Notes under the pieces: generated by a model
Seen by the model: only the letters and a program-made list of their open reading frames with translations
Database searches by the model: none
What the model was told of the DNA's origin: nothing
Source of the DNA: Spirochaetaceae bacterium
GTDB lineage: Bacteria > Spirochaetota > Spirochaetia > DSM-2461
Reading direction: 5' to 3'
Length of the DNA stretch: 64,000 bases
NCBI GenBank assembly: GCA_051531975.1
Contig: JAOPTT010000003.1
Location: 224,001 to 288,000, forward strand
Translations under genes and position numbers: made by a program
In this document: one piece after another, positions 62,768 through 64,000 of the stretch
Position numbering within the stretch: the stretch's first letter is position 1
How the letters are laid out: each line of letters begins with the position of its first letter

Positions 62768-62807
62768 AAAAAAGAACAGCCGATAACAGTGAGGAAACCG
62801 ACTGTCC
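62768..62807 (-). terminator. Intrinsic terminator after nifK
   Basis: GGACAGTCGGT-N12-ATCGGCTGTTC-TTTTTT on the minus strand, with G-U pairs. Confidence 0.7.
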
Positions 62808-62825
62808 AAAAAAATTAAGGTTTTT

Positions 62826-64000
62826 TTACATTACCAATTCGAACTTCTCTTCTAAAGATTCTGCATCAATTTTATCCATTAATGCTGATAGAATTTTCTC
62901 AAGAAGTCTTATTCCGCCCTTATATCCAACTATAGGGAAATAACTATGACCAATTCTGTCATAGATTGGGAATCCTAATCTAACAAAAGGAATATTTTCG
63001 TCTCTTGCAATATACTTACCATAAGTATTTCCTATTAACAGGTCTACTGACTCTTTTTTAATCCACTGATGTAATAAAAACATATCAGCTTGTGGACCAT
63101 TTTTAACATTTGCTTCTGGTACAATTTTTGCCATTGAACCGACAAATGTTTTATCTGGTGTCCCTGAAACAATATGTACTGGTTTCATACCAATATCAAC
63201 TAAAAATTCTGTTAATGGTAATAACATATCTGGGTCACCATACAGTGCAACTTTTTTACCATAAAAATATTGCTCCATATCGGTTACAATATCTACTAAT
63301 TGACCACGTTCATCTGATAACTCTTCAGATACTGGGCAGCCAGTAGTTTTACTAATTCCCATTAAAAAACGGTCAGTAGCTTTAATCCCTAGAGGAATAT
63401 CAAAAGTCTCAGTTGGAACTTTACATTTTTTCTTTAGCTGAAGACCTGCATCCTCAGAGCATAACTTTCCTAGTGCAAAAGTTTTTTTACTTGACCCTGC
63501 ACTTTTAAGTTCTGGAATAGTTGTTCCACCTTTAGGAAACATAATATGACTTCCAGTTTGTGGAGCATCCATAACCCCAGATGTATCTGGGAAAAGAACA
63601 TATGGTACTTTCATAGAAAACATCATTCTTTTAAGCTCTTTCATATCAGAAGGTTCAACCCAACCTGGTAATATGTTTATTTGCTCAGTCTTTTCTTCTG
63701 TTAATTCCGGAAAAGTTTTTGCAATTGCAGCACACATATTGGAGAATCCAGTAACATGGGAACCAACATAACTTGGAGTACTAGCTTGTACAATATATTT
63801 CCCCTCTGGAACTTTTCCATCAGTAATTGCCTTTTGGGCAATCTGACTAACATCATCACCAATTGTTTCAGATAAACATGTTGTATGAACTGCAATAATA
63901 TCTGGATCATAAAGATTAAACATATTCTGGAATGCCTGAATAAGGTTACTCTGACCACCAAATACAGAAGAACCTTCTGTAAAAGATGATGTTCCGGACA
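62826..64000 (-). CDS. nifK: Nitrogenase MoFe protein beta subunit, 5' end outside window
   Basis: SSFTEGSSVFGG, HTTCLSETIGDD, TPSYVGSH and GFPIYDRIG motifs; frame is open to the window edge. Confidence 0.93.
   Translation of the reverse strand, partial: SGTSSFTEGSSVFGGQSNLIQAFQNMFNLYDPDIIAVHTTCLSETIGDDVSQIAQKAITDGKVPEGKYIVQASTPSYVGSHVTGFSNMCAAIAKTFPELTEEKTEQINILPGWVEPSDMKELKRMMFSMKVPYVLFPDTSGVMDAPQTGSHIMFPKGGTTIPELKSAGSSKKTFALGKLCSEDAGLQLKKKCKVPTETFDIPLGIKATDRFLMGISKTTGCPVSEELSDERGQLVDIVTDMEQYFYGKKVALYGDPDMLLPLTEFLVDIGMKPVHIVSGTPDKTFVGSMAKIVPEANVKNGPQADMFLLHQWIKKESVDLLIGNTYGKYIARDENIPFVRLGFPIYDRIGHSYFPIVGYKGGIRLLEKILSALMDKIDAESLEEKFELVM

Noticed and set aside
58217..64000. Alternative (V or Fe-only) nitrogenase, suggested by the AnfA-like regulator
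   Set aside because: The K subunit motifs, nifEN and linked modABC fit Mo-nitrogenase, and no anfG/vnfG is visible, although nifD and upstream genes are outside the window.
1..64000. CRISPR arrays, IS or integrase genes, tRNA/rRNA, defence systems
   Set aside because: No regularly spaced repeats, transposase motifs or structured RNA genes were seen by eye; intergenic gaps are all under about 300 bp.

Overview
AT-rich bacterial chromosome segment, probably from a free-living anaerobic spirochaete (inferred from the 'FAxGxxE' signal peptides on the sugar-binding proteins and the anaerobe-type nif genes). About 1-49.5 kb is mostly glycan catabolism and signalling: three Cys-type sulfatases, GH38, GH3, GH29, GH88, DUF2264, a heparinase II/III-like lyase, two sugar ABC importers with AraC/YesMN-type regulators, two paralogous hybrid histidine kinases, a YcaQ-type DNA glycosylase and a small MerR module. 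About 50.6-64 kb is part of a Mo-nitrogenase cluster (nifK partial, nifE, nifN, nifB, 2Fe-2S ferredoxin, modABC, nifV and a sigma-54 activator). The strongest non-annotated signal is a regulon readable from the DNA: three sigma-54 promoters (TGGCAT-N7-TGC), each with a TAC-N6-GTA palindrome 40-43 nt upstream. This is an AnfA-type rather than NifA-type site. The promoters drive nifE-nifN-nifB-fdx-modABC, nifV plus the activator, and an uncharacterised 305-aa repeat protein that is therefore a candidate new nif gene. No rRNA, tRNA, CRISPR array or mobile element was recognised. Family calls are from motif recognition by eye, not database searches.
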